Of a stretch of DNA of 64,000 nt, positions 36,932-46,192 are shown in pieces; the stretch's first letter is position 1; each line of letters starts with the position of its first letter. The position numbers were made by a program, and so were the translations under genes. Source of the stretch: Candidatus Eiseniibacteriota bacterium (GTDB lineage: Bacteria; Eisenbacteria; RBG-16-71-46; CAIMUX01); NCBI GenBank assembly GCA_041390305.1, contig JAWKQE010000028.1, positions 5,967 through 69,966 of the forward strand, given 5' to 3'. The notes beneath the pieces were generated by a model that saw only the letters and a list, made by a program, of their open reading frames with translations, was not told the origin of the DNA and made no database searches.

Positions 36932-37813
36932 ATGTGCGGTGCTCGTGCGTTTCGGATTCTCGGTTCCATCACTCTGTCCCTCCTCCTGGCCGTCCCTGCC
37001 CTCGCCGACAACGTCAAGATCGGAGTGTTGGCGAAGGACGGTCCGGTCAAGGCACTCAAGATGTGGGAAGCGACAGGTGACTACCTCAACGCCCGCGTTT
37101 CGGGAACGACGTTCGAGATCGTCCCGCTTGGGTTCGACGAAGTCTATCCCGCGATCGCGGAAGGGACGGTGCAGTACTTCGTGGTCAACTCCTCCATGTT
37201 CGTGGAGGCGCAAGGGAAGTACCACGCGCAGGCCGTCGCGACGATGATCAACTCCCGCCAGGGCAAGCCGCTCCAGTCGTTCGGAGGCGTCATCTTCACG
37301 ACTCCGGAGACCGGCATCGAGTCGATGGCCGACCTCAAGGGGCACACCTTCATGGCTGTCGACGCCAGCTCGTTCGGTGGATGGCAGATGGCGCTCAAGG
37401 AGATGAAGGACGCCGGGCTGGATCCGGAGAAGGACTTCACCAAGCTCGAGTTCGGGAAGAAGCACGACAACGTCGTCATGGCGGTACTGAACGGTGCCGT
37501 CGATGCGGGGACCGTCCGCACGGACACTCTGGAGCGGATGGCGGCGGATGGAATGCTCGATCTGTCCGAGATCAAGGTGATCCATGAGCAGCATCACGAC
37601 GGGTTCCCGTTCGTTTGTAGCACAGCGCTCTACCCGGAGTGGCCGATCGCGGCGACGAGCAAGGCGTCGCCTGAGGTGACGCAGGCCATGGTCGATGCGC
37701 TCCAGAAGATGAAGCCCGAGGACGAAGCAGCGAAGTCTGCCAAGGTCGTCGGCTGGGCGCCCGTCCTCGACTACGCACCCGTCGCAAAGCTGCAGGCGAC
37801 TCTCGGTCTCTGA
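36932..37813 (+). CDS. PhnD/SsuA-type (phosphate/phosphite/phosphonate) periplasmic binding protein
   Basis: Signal peptide; KMWEATGDYL, FGGVIF, DLKGHTFMAVDASSFGGWQM, HDNVVMAVLNG.VDAG.VRTD, STALYPEWP; AAGGAG RBS. Confidence 0.85.
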   Translation: MCGARAFRILGSITLSLLLAVPALADNVKIGVLAKDGPVKALKMWEATGDYLNARVSGTTFEIVPLGFDEVYPAIAEGTVQYFVVNSSMFVEAQGKYHAQAVATMINSRQGKPLQSFGGVIFTTPETGIESMADLKGHTFMAVDASSFGGWQMALKEMKDAGLDPEKDFTKLEFGKKHDNVVMAVLNGAVDAGTVRTDTLERMAADGMLDLSEIKVIHEQHHDGFPFVCSTALYPEWPIAATSKASPEVTQAMVDALQKMKPEDEAAKSAKVVGWAPVLDYAPVAKLQATLGL

Positions 37814-37828
37814 TTGAGGAGGGCCTCG

Positions 37829-39601
37829 ATGGACCTCGGATTCGTCACTCGCTCGATCCGCCCGAAACTCCTCGTGTCCCTCACGGTCGTCCTGGTCGGA
37901 GCGACGATCGGGACGAACGTGATCGTCACGCGTCTCCAAGCCTCGAGGCTCGAATCCGGCAGCGTACGGATGGCGGAGTCGATGAGGGCGTCCGCCGAAA
38001 CGCTGCAGGCCGATCTCACGCGAAATGGTGAGGAGATGGCGACACTGATCGCGGACGAGGCACGGGCCTCGGGCGATGCTCTCACCGACCTACTCGCACG
38101 GGTGGCTCCGGCGGCGATCCTCTCGAACGACTTCATGGCCCTCGTCAACTACGTCAAGGGTGTGAACGAGAACCCCGGTGTTGCCTATGCCGCCTTCGTG
38201 TCGGAAGACGGCCGTCCGCTCACTCGGTACCTCGATCGGGAGAAACCGGCTCTTCAGCCACTTCTCACGAAGGCCGACGGAAGCAACCGGAACGTGGCCG
38301 AGGTGATCGAAGCGAGCCGGAATCGCGAAGGATTCTGGGTGTTCGAGAAGCCGATCACGGTGGAGGGGCGGTCCCTGGGAACCGCGGTTCTCTGCCTGGA
38401 CCGGAGTCTCGCCGCGGAGCAACTCCGTCGGATCGACGAGTGCTTCGCCAAGCTCTCCGAGACGCAGGAACAGTCGATCACCGACGCCGAAGCAATGGTG
38501 CGGGAGACCGGGAAGACCGTTGCCGCGGAATCGGCATTGGTGCTGTGGGTCGGTGCGGCGATTTCGGCGCTGCTCGTACTCCTGGTCGCGCACTGGAACG
38601 CCACGAGTGTCCTCCACGGGCTCCAGGGGATCGTCCGGATGCTCCGCGACATCTCGGAGGGTGATGGGGATCTCACGCAGCGGCTCGAAGTGAAGTCGCG
38701 GGACGAGCTGCTCGAGGTCGCCACCTGGTTCAACCGGTTCGTCGAGAAGACCCGTGCTCTCGTGGAGGAAGTGAAGGAGGCGTCGGCGGGGCTCGCGTCG
38801 ATGGCCGAGGAGCTCTCTTCCACGACCGTCCGGATCGCGGAAGGAACTCGCCAGGTGAGTTCGCAGGCGGAGAACGTCGCGACGGCGGCCGAGGAGATGA
38901 GTTCCACGGTCGAGGACGTCGCGCGGAGTACGAGCGAAGTAGGGCTCGCGGCATCGAACGCCGATCAGGCGGCGAAGGACGGCGAGTCCGTGATCCTCGA
39001 GTCCGGCCAGGCCATGTCGGAGATCGCGAACGTCGTCGGAACGGCGGCCCACACGGTGGAGAGTTTGGGACGCGCGGCTCAGGAGATCACCGTCGTCACT
39101 GACGTGATCCACGACATCGCGGACCAGACGAACCTCCTTGCGCTGAACGCCGCCATCGAGGCCGCGAGAGCCGGCGAGCACGGTCGTGGCTTTGCCGTCG
39201 TCGCCGACGAAGTACGGAAGCTGGCCGAGAAGACGGTGAAGGCGACCGGCGAGATCAGCGAGCGGATCAGCGCGATCCACGCAGAGAGCGAGCGCGCGGT
39301 TGAGGCGATGTCGCGTGGTAGCGACGCCGTTCAACGTGGCCAGGAGTTCGGACACCAGGTCGCGTCCGCGATCGAGGGTATCCGCGCCAAAGTCTCGAAC
39401 GCCGCAGAGCAGACGTCACAGATCGCCGCCGCCATCGAGGAACTCTCGGTGACGAACCACGAGACCGCACGGAACGTAGTGGAGATCGCGCGAGAGGTGG
39501 GCAGCACGTCGTCCGCGGCCGAGGAGATCTCTTCGACATCCGAGGAGCTCTCGCGTCGGGCGGAGGGACTGAGGTTGCTGACCGGTCGATTCCACACCTG
39601 A
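37829..39601 (+). CDS. Methyl-accepting chemotaxis protein
   Basis: Two TM helices, HAMP (GDGDLTQRL...DEL), signalling hairpin [38 protein letters not shown]. Confidence 0.95.
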   Translation: MDLGFVTRSIRPKLLVSLTVVLVGATIGTNVIVTRLQASRLESGSVRMAESMRASAETLQADLTRNGEEMATLIADEARASGDALTDLLARVAPAAILSNDFMALVNYVKGVNENPGVAYAAFVSEDGRPLTRYLDREKPALQPLLTKADGSNRNVAEVIEASRNREGFWVFEKPITVEGRSLGTAVLCLDRSLAAEQLRRIDECFAKLSETQEQSITDAEAMVRETGKTVAAESALVLWVGAAISALLVLLVAHWNATSVLHGLQGIVRMLRDISEGDGDLTQRLEVKSRDELLEVATWFNRFVEKTRALVEEVKEASAGLASMAEELSSTTVRIAEGTRQVSSQAENVATAAEEMSSTVEDVARSTSEVGLAASNADQAAKDGESVILESGQAMSEIANVVGTAAHTVESLGRAAQEITVVTDVIHDIADQTNLLALNAAIEAARAGEHGRGFAVVADEVRKLAEKTVKATGEISERISAIHAESERAVEAMSRGSDAVQRGQEFGHQVASAIEGIRAKVSNAAEQTSQIAAAIEELSVTNHETARNVVEIAREVGSTSSAAEEISSTSEELSRRAEGLRLLTGRFHT

Positions 39602-39622
39602 TCGTAACGACACGAGTACAGC

Positions 39623-39657
39623 AGGGCCCCGGGATCCAGCGGATGCCGGGGCCCTTT
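39623..39657 (+). terminator. Probable intrinsic terminator after the MCP gene
   Basis: AGGGCCCCGG-G-ATCC / AGC / GGAT-G-CCGGGGCCCT followed by TT. Confidence 0.65.
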
Positions 39658-39669
39658 GCGTTCCTCGAG

Positions 39670-39723
39670 GTCGCGTTCGCGTCCCTGGCGGTTGCGTTCG
39701 CTTCCCTCGCGGTTGCATTCGCT
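39670..39723. repeat. Degenerate 21-bp tandem repeat (about 2.6 copies)
   Basis: GTCGCGTTCGCGTCCCTGGCG / GTTGCGTTCGCTTCCCTCGCG / GTTGCATTCGCT. Confidence 0.7.
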
Positions 39724-40008
39724 CCTCGCTGTCGCGTGCGCACCCAAGGCGGTTGCGCTCACGTGACTCACGGTCGCCGTCGTGAGCCGGCAGGCCACGG
39801 GCCGCCCATTGCCAAACGACCCGCCCGAAACCGATTGGACGATCGTCCGGCTTCCCCGAAAGAAAACGGTGAAGCTTGCCTGGACCGGGCCGATTCGCAC
39901 CACGGGCACCAGAAGGTTTTCAGGGGAGCTGGGGTTCGCCATGCATTCATGGAACTCGGGTCGCTCCGTGTGCTCTCGGGCGCACACGGAGCCGGTTGCG
40001 CGTCGTCT

Positions 40009-40053
40009 GGTTCAGCGGTCCGTGCACCGTTCGGTTCAGCGGTCGGATCACCG
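40009..40053. repeat. Direct repeat GGTTCAGCGGTC x2 with 24-bp period upstream of the secreted glycan-active gene
   Basis: Copies at 40009-40020 and 40033-40044, each followed after 4 nt by CACCG. Confidence 0.65.
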
Positions 40054-40081
40054 GTCGCGTCCCCTCACGGGTGACACGCCT

Positions 40082-41992
40082 GTGCACCGTGCGGGAGGTC
40101 GCCTCGCGTCCGCGCTCTGGGTGCTCACACTCGGGGCGGTTCTGCTCGCCTCCCCGCTGCTTGCGGACCCGGCGCGAAGCCAACCGTTTCCCAACGAAGA
40201 CGCCCCACTTGGCGTGAATCTGAGCGGTGTCGTCGACTGGAGTTCGGCGATCCCGTTTACAGACGCATTCCGTCACGCCCGGCCGTGGATCCCTCAGCTG
40301 CAGGACAACTCCGTCTGGGACACGGGGGAACCGCTCGACATCGGCGCGAACGGGTACCCGGCTTCACTCACCGAAGGGCAGGCGGCGGGGACCGTCCTGA
40401 TCACGGCACAGGGAGGGAACTACCCCGAAGGTGACTACGTCTGCCTCTACGACGGGACGGGGCAGCTCGACTTCCGTCTCGATGCGCACATCGTCTCGAG
40501 CGCACCGGGTCGCTTGGTCGTCCACATCTCTCCGTCGGCCGACGGGCTCACTCACATGAAGATCCTCGCGACCGACCCGATGGATCCTGTGCACAACATC
40601 CGGCTCGTCCTTCCCGGCTACGAGAGTACGTACGAGACGGAGCTGTTCCATCCGGACTTTCTCGCCTCGCTCGCGAACTTCCGCGTTCTCCGCTTCATGG
40701 ACTGGATGCGGACCAACAACTCGGCCCAGTCCGCGTGGAGCGGACGGTCCTGGCCGGATTTCTTCAGTCAGGGGACGGAACGCGGCGTGTGCGTCGAATA
40801 CATGGTCGCGCTCTGCAACGAACTCGGAGCCGACCCGTGGTTCTGCATGCCGCACCTCGCGGACGACGACTACGTCACCCAGTTCGCGACCTACGTGCGG
40901 GACCATCTCGACCCCGAACTCCGGGTCTACGTGGAGCACTCGAACGAAGTCTGGAACGGCATCTTCTCCCAGGCTGGATACGCGCAGCAGCGCGGGCTCG
41001 AGCTCGGGCTCTCGACCAATCCGTACGAGGCGCAGCTTCGCTACCACTCCCGGCGTAGCGTCGAGATCTTTCAGCTCTGGGAAGCGGTGTTCGGCGGGTC
41101 CGATCGTCTCGTACGGGTGCTCGCTGCCCAGCACGCGAATCCGTGGACCGGTACGACGGTGATGGATTGGCAAAGCGCCTACCTCCACGCGGACGCACTC
41201 GGGACCGCGCCCTATTTCGGCGGATCGCTCGGAACGCCGGGGAACGCGGAGATCACGCGGACCTGGTCCGTCGAGCAACTCCTCGCCGCGTGTGCCGACG
41301 AGATCGTCCTCGAACGGGCGATCACGCAGCAGAACGAGAGTGAGGCGTCGAGTCGAGGGCTCGGTCTCGTCGCCTACGAAGGAGGGCAGCATCTGGTCGG
41401 CGTGGGCGGCTGGGAGAACGATGCGACGCTCACCGCGCTCTTCCACGCCGCGAATCGGGATCCCGGCATGCGTGCCCTCTACCTGGCCGACCTGACCGGA
41501 TGGCACGACGCCGCGAACGGTGGCGTCCACGTGGCCTTCAGTCACATCGGGGAGTACTCGAAGTGGGGAAGCTGGGGGCTGCTCGAACGGCAGAGTCAGG
41601 ACCCGTCGACCGCCCCCAAGTGGATGGGCATCGTCGACTTTCTGGACTCACTCGTGGAGACGAGTGCGGCGGGGGATGGGCGCAATCCGAGCGTCGGCAC
41701 AGGCACGACGCGCGAGGCTCCGATCGTAGCGTGGCCGAATCCGTTCCGAGGGGAGCTCCAGTTCGCCGTCGTGCGGGGGACGCCATACGAAGAGCCCATT
41801 CTCGTCCACGTACTCGGCGTGGATGGACGACGATATCGCACACTCGAGGTCGATGCGGCGACCCTGCGAGGAGTGTGGGACGGTCGGGACGACGGAGGAC
41901 GGCTCCTTCCGTCGGGTTCGTACTATCTCGACGCAGAGTCGACTGGCGCGGAAGGTCCCGCCGGTCCGGTTCGTCTCGTCCTGGTTCGTTGA
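40082..41992 (+). CDS. Secreted glycoside-hydrolase-like / 'cellulose-binding' family protein with C-terminal FlgD-Ig domain
   Basis: Signal peptide, LGVNL..VVDWS...PF.DAF..ARPW, LRFMDW..TN, VEHSNEVWN, VAYEGGQHL, GSWGL; C-terminal PNPF...WDGRDD.G..LPSG.Y. Start is approximate. Confidence 0.7.
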   Translation: MHRAGGRLASALWVLTLGAVLLASPLLADPARSQPFPNEDAPLGVNLSGVVDWSSAIPFTDAFRHARPWIPQLQDNSVWDTGEPLDIGANGYPASLTEGQAAGTVLITAQGGNYPEGDYVCLYDGTGQLDFRLDAHIVSSAPGRLVVHISPSADGLTHMKILATDPMDPVHNIRLVLPGYESTYETELFHPDFLASLANFRVLRFMDWMRTNNSAQSAWSGRSWPDFFSQGTERGVCVEYMVALCNELGADPWFCMPHLADDDYVTQFATYVRDHLDPELRVYVEHSNEVWNGIFSQAGYAQQRGLELGLSTNPYEAQLRYHSRRSVEIFQLWEAVFGGSDRLVRVLAAQHANPWTGTTVMDWQSAYLHADALGTAPYFGGSLGTPGNAEITRTWSVEQLLAACADEIVLERAITQQNESEASSRGLGLVAYEGGQHLVGVGGWENDATLTALFHAANRDPGMRALYLADLTGWHDAANGGVHVAFSHIGEYSKWGSWGLLERQSQDPSTAPKWMGIVDFLDSLVETSAAGDGRNPSVGTGTTREAPIVAWPNPFRGELQFAVVRGTPYEEPILVHVLGVDGRRYRTLEVDAATLRGVWDGRDDGGRLLPSGSYYLDAESTGAEGPAGPVRLVLVR

Positions 41993-42017
41993 GGTGTCGG
42001 GTTACTGCCCAGGTGAC

Positions 42018-43460
42018 TTACTCCGTCACGCTCTGCCTCAGGATCTGCGTGACGCCGTCGCCGAGCACTTGGACCCAGTCGCTCGGGAAGTGGTGACCGC
42101 CGCGGTGGGTGAACACCTCGTACGGTTGGCCCCACTCCCGCCAGAACGTCTCCGCGTGGGACGCGCTTTCCTGGATCCGTTCGTTGTCGGCCGTGCCGTA
42201 CACGAGGCGCAACGGATGGGGACGAGTGGGATCGGGGACCCTCTCGGGCCAATCGCCACCCGCGGGTGCGACCGAGAGCACGCCGCCGTAGACATCGGGA
42301 TACCAGGCTGCGAGGAGGAGCGACCGGATGCCGCCCTGCGAGAAACCACCGACGTGGATCGGGGTGAAGTCGAACCGGGCGTCGCCCAGAAGCGGCGCGA
42401 GTTGGGCCTGCAGGTATCTGTGTGTCTCATGGATGTCCGGCCCCCAACTCCGCCGACCACCGCCGAGATCCTGGGGGGCGTCGACGGAGATGGCCACTGC
42501 ACCTCGACCGCTGACGACTCGTGCGAGATCGTCGAAGTCCTCCTTGTTCGTTCCGTATCCGTGCATGAGGACGAACACGGGCCATCCTCCGCTGGGGGCT
42601 GTGCCGTCAGGTATGGAAACGAGGCACGTCGTCGGCACGGTCGACGGAGTCTGTGGTTCCGTCCCGGACGCTGGTCCTGGCCCGATCCAGGGAATGCAGT
42701 GACTCCCGAGGATGATCGCGAACGTGACGGCGGCGGCCGTTCTGTGCCCACGGGACCAGTCCCAGAAGAGCAGCTGCGAGCCGGCGTAGAAGCCCACGTG
42801 CAGCAGGTAGCTCAGCACGAATCCGTGTGGGCCGGAGAGGATGAGGAGAGGCATGAGTACGGCCGCGACGAGCGAGAAGGCGAAGTAGTACGTGCCGAAG
42901 TAGCGGCCGACCAGCCGGGTGATCGGAACGTGGACGAGCCCGAACACCGGCACGGCGAGCAGGACGATCATGGCCCGTCCGAAACCGGCCGCAGCGAGCG
43001 CATGGACGAGTGCGACGAGCATCGTCTGCTGGAAGAGGATCTCGAACGTCTTCGAGAACGCGTAGCGCGGATCACCGCGTAGCCAGTAGACGTGCGGTGC
43101 GTCCGTGATCCTCTTCTCCGGGGGACGTCCGTTGCGTCGCGCGAACCACACGACCCCGAGTTGGATCCCCAGCCCTACGAGGATCCAAACGACGTCAGCC
43201 GGACGAAGGGCCGCGAGCACGGGCTGTAGCGGACCGCGGAAGAGAAGTGCCGCCACGGCGACGCCGAGGGAGAAGTAGACCGAGGTCGTGTGCCAGCCGT
43301 GGACGTAGTCCAACCCCTTCCGCACGAGGAGCACGAAACCACCGCCGATTCCCACCCAAACGGCGACCCACGTGAGGACGACGGCCGCGAGGTCGCCCCA
43401 GGAGGTTACGGACGGCCACAGAGGTGAGCCGGTCGCGGCGAGAGATAGGCACCCGATCAT
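42018..43460 (-). CDS. CPBP/Abi-like membrane domain fused to an alpha/beta hydrolase (phospholipase/carboxylesterase)
   Basis: Multi-TM N-half with FEILFQ, FGLVH and LLH; C-half LMHGYG, GFSQGG nucleophile elbow, GTAD, GGHH. Confidence 0.7.
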   Translation of the reverse strand: MIGCLSLAATGSPLWPSVTSWGDLAAVVLTWVAVWVGIGGGFVLLVRKGLDYVHGWHTTSVYFSLGVAVAALLFRGPLQPVLAALRPADVVWILVGLGIQLGVVWFARRNGRPPEKRITDAPHVYWLRGDPRYAFSKTFEILFQQTMLVALVHALAAAGFGRAMIVLLAVPVFGLVHVPITRLVGRYFGTYYFAFSLVAAVLMPLLILSGPHGFVLSYLLHVGFYAGSQLLFWDWSRGHRTAAAVTFAIILGSHCIPWIGPGPASGTEPQTPSTVPTTCLVSIPDGTAPSGGWPVFVLMHGYGTNKEDFDDLARVVSGRGAVAISVDAPQDLGGGRRSWGPDIHETHRYLQAQLAPLLGDARFDFTPIHVGGFSQGGIRSLLLAAWYPDVYGGVLSVAPAGGDWPERVPDPTRPHPLRLVYGTADNERIQESASHAETFWREWGQPYEVFTHRGGHHFPSDWVQVLGDGVTQILRQSVTE

Positions 43461-43463
43461 CGA

Positions 43464-44357
43464 TCAGCCCTCGGACCCGGCGCGGACGCGGGTCAGCCCG
43501 TGTTGGGTCAACTGGTCCCAGACGGCCGGACGTACGTCGTCGACGAAGAGCTGGAGGTGGGGGAACGGAATCTCGATGCCGGCCGCGTCCAGTGCGAGTT
43601 TGCTTCGCTCGAGAACGTCCGCATAAGTGGCCCGTTCGTCTCCCGCGTCGTCGATCCAAACGCGCACGAGGAGGTCCACGCTCGAGCCGCCGAGGTTCGA
43701 GACGATCACGTCAGAAGCGATCTTGCCGATCCCCTTCACTCCGTCGATTGCGGTCAGGAGGACCTCGCGCGCCTGGAGGATGTCCTCCTTGTACGCGATG
43801 CCGACAGGAACGTCGACTCGCGTCTCGCCGTGCTTGCTGTGGTTCTCGAGCACGCTGTCGATGATCGTCTTGTTGGGGATGACGACGTACGTGTTCCGAA
43901 CCGTACGGATGCGGGTCGTCCGCATCGTGATGTCCGTCACGCGGCCGTACTCGTCCTCCGCGGTGATCCAGTCACCGACGACGAACGGCTTGTCCCAGAA
44001 GATCATGAACCCGGCGATCGAGTTCGCGATCGAATCCTGGGCCGCGAAGCCGACCGCGATCCCCGCGACGCCCAGTCCGGCCAGTGCCGCCGCGACATTG
44101 ACCCCCATCTGGTCGAGCGCCATGACGAGACCCAGAACGACGACCACGTACTTGTACATGCTCCCGATGAGCAGCTGGATCAGCTTCTCGTGGACGCTGG
44201 CCCGCTGGAGGGCGGCCCGGAGTGCCTTGGAGGAGATCCGGTAGAAGACGATGAACGCGATGAAGATGATGATGCCCACGATGAGGTTGGGCAGGAATGA
44301 CACGATCTGCGTGATGAGCTCGCTGACGTCGAGCCGCTCGATGATCTGGTTCCACAT
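43464..44357 (-). CDS. mscS: Small-conductance mechanosensitive channel
   Basis: LAGLGVAGIAVGFAAQDSIAN..AG..I....PF.VGDWI, I.MR.T.I.T...V.IPN; AAGGAG RBS before ATG 44357. Confidence 0.92.
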   Translation of the reverse strand: MWNQIIERLDVSELITQIVSFLPNLIVGIIIFIAFIVFYRISSKALRAALQRASVHEKLIQLLIGSMYKYVVVVLGLVMALDQMGVNVAAALAGLGVAGIAVGFAAQDSIANSIAGFMIFWDKPFVVGDWITAEDEYGRVTDITMRTTRIRTVRNTYVVIPNKTIIDSVLENHSKHGETRVDVPVGIAYKEDILQAREVLLTAIDGVKGIGKIASDVIVSNLGGSSVDLLVRVWIDDAGDERATYADVLERSKLALDAAGIEIPFPHLQLFVDDVRPAVWDQLTQHGLTRVRAGSEG

Positions 44358-44611
44358 GCTTCGGAGGTCTCCTTCGAGGCCGGGGTCCATGGGGGGGCCG
44401 GTCGTCCGGTGACCGGTAGGGCTGTTTCCGATCCTACCGGAAGTGGGCGGCAGAGGAACCGGTCCTTGGCCTATCAGGGTCCGAAGTGCGACAATCTCCG
44501 ATCGATCCGAGCTGCGGCCCCGCGAGGGGGCCGCGAGATCCGGCAAGGGTGAGCGTGGCTGAACCCACCGCGAAGACGGTTTCGCGGACAACGGAGCCCG
44601 AAGGAGATGGA

Positions 44612-46066
44612 ATGGTGAAGAGTGCGAGCGGCGGTGGCGCGAGGAAGAAGGCCGGAGGGAGCTCCTCCCAGGGCCCCAAGAAGAAGCGGGAAGGTGGGCG
44701 TCCGGCGAGAGTGCACGGACGGGTGGTTCGGGGGGCGGGTCGACCCGGCCGTACCGGAAGGCGCGAGGACGCAGAGCCTGCCGTAGCCGAGACACGACTT
44801 CGGATCGCCGAGCGCGAGTTCGTCCTCGAGCGATACCCCGCGAGTTCCGATGCAACGCTGCGGGCGTGGAGTGCGGCCGAGGAACACCTGCTCGGGCGGA
44901 TTCTGGAGCTGGGCGACGACGGCGGTCCGCTGCTGATCCTCGGGGATCCGCACGGAGCACTCACGACCGTCCTCGCCGTCGTGTCGTCCCGTCCTCTCGT
45001 CCGGTGGACGGACTCCCACCTGGCCACGATCGCTCTGGAGAAGAATCTCGAGTCCAACGGGGTCGATCGGGGGCGTGTCGAACTCGTGCCCTCGAGCACG
45101 GATCCCACTTCGCTCAGCACGAAGTTCGGCACCGTTCTGATGGTGATCCCGAAGACGCTGTCTCTGCTCGAGTACCAGCTCGAGTGGATGAAGCCCTGCC
45201 TGACCGAAGGTGCGCGCGTTCTGGCCGGAGGGATGACGAGACACCTCTCGCCCAAGGTCGAAGCGATCCTCGAAGGCCGACTCGGCCCGTCGCAGATCTC
45301 GAAGGTCTGGAAGAAGTCCGTGGTCTTCGAAGTGAAGGCCGAGGATCTGGAGCAGGACGAGGATGCGCTCACGCCGTCCTACTACGAGATCGATCTGATG
45401 GGCGGGGATGCGGACACCTTCGTCGTGGACGTGGAGCTGGTCGGCGACTCGGATGACGATGCCTCGGGTGACGACGACTCCGCCGGCGAGGACTTCGCTG
45501 ACACCGCCGATGATGCCTCCGATGAGGACGACGCCCCCGGCGCTCTCCGCATCTTCTCCTTCCCGGGTGTGTTCGGAGGTGGACGTCTCGACCGGGGAAC
45601 GGAGCTTCTCCTGAGCTGTCTCCCCGACCTGGCCGACGAAACGGACGTGCTCGACCTCGGCTGCGGGAGTGGAGTGATCGGCCTCCTTCTCCAGGTCGGG
45701 AATCCCGCGATCCGTCTTCGACTCGTCGACGAGTCTCATCTGGCGGTTGCGTCGACCAAGCTCACGTTCGAAGAGAATGGAGAAGGGACGCCGGACGTCC
45801 GCGTCGCCGACGGATGCGAGGGAACCGAGCCGGAGTCGCTCGATCTCGTCGTGAGCAACCCGCCGTTCCATGCGCAGCATGCACTCACCGTGGAAGAGGC
45901 GACCCGGCTCTTCCGGCCGATCCGCGAGGTGCTTCGTCCAGGTGGCGAACTCTACGTGGTGGGCGCGCACGGTGTGGATTACGGGCCGACGCTCCGTCGC
46001 TTCTTCCCGGAAGTCGAACGGATCGCGACCGATCGGCGCTACGCCGTCCACCGTTGCCGTAGGTAG
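44612..46066 (+). CDS. rlmG: 23S rRNA m2G1835 methyltransferase-like protein (RlmG) with a basic N-terminal tail and an acidic insertion
   Basis: LRAWSAAEEHLL, IPKTLSLLEYQL, PGVF....LDRGT.LLL, VLDLGCGSGVIG, VSNPPFH. Confidence 0.8.
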   Translation: MVKSASGGGARKKAGGSSSQGPKKKREGGRPARVHGRVVRGAGRPGRTGRREDAEPAVAETRLRIAEREFVLERYPASSDATLRAWSAAEEHLLGRILELGDDGGPLLILGDPHGALTTVLAVVSSRPLVRWTDSHLATIALEKNLESNGVDRGRVELVPSSTDPTSLSTKFGTVLMVIPKTLSLLEYQLEWMKPCLTEGARVLAGGMTRHLSPKVEAILEGRLGPSQISKVWKKSVVFEVKAEDLEQDEDALTPSYYEIDLMGGDADTFVVDVELVGDSDDDASGDDDSAGEDFADTADDASDEDDAPGALRIFSFPGVFGGGRLDRGTELLLSCLPDLADETDVLDLGCGSGVIGLLLQVGNPAIRLRLVDESHLAVASTKLTFEENGEGTPDVRVADGCEGTEPESLDLVVSNPPFHAQHALTVEEATRLFRPIREVLRPGGELYVVGAHGVDYGPTLRRFFPEVERIATDRRYAVHRCRR

Positions 46067-46192
46067 CCAGGCTTCCGCGACCGGCCGTCACTCCTGCTGG
46101 AGGCGTAGCTTGCGACGAATGCGTGGCCCGTTCCGGCCGGTTCTCGTTCCACGATCGTCGGCGAATCTGTCTCGGACGATGCGCGAGCCTGC

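Noticed and set aside
39670-40053. Short repeats as a CRISPR array
   Set aside because: Only 2-3 degenerate copies, no unique spacers of constant length, and no cas genes in the window.
44413-44440. Inverted repeat CCGGTAGG-N12-CCTACCGG between divergent mscS and rlmG
   Set aside because: An 8-bp GC-rich arm is weak evidence alone and no cognate regulator is nearby.
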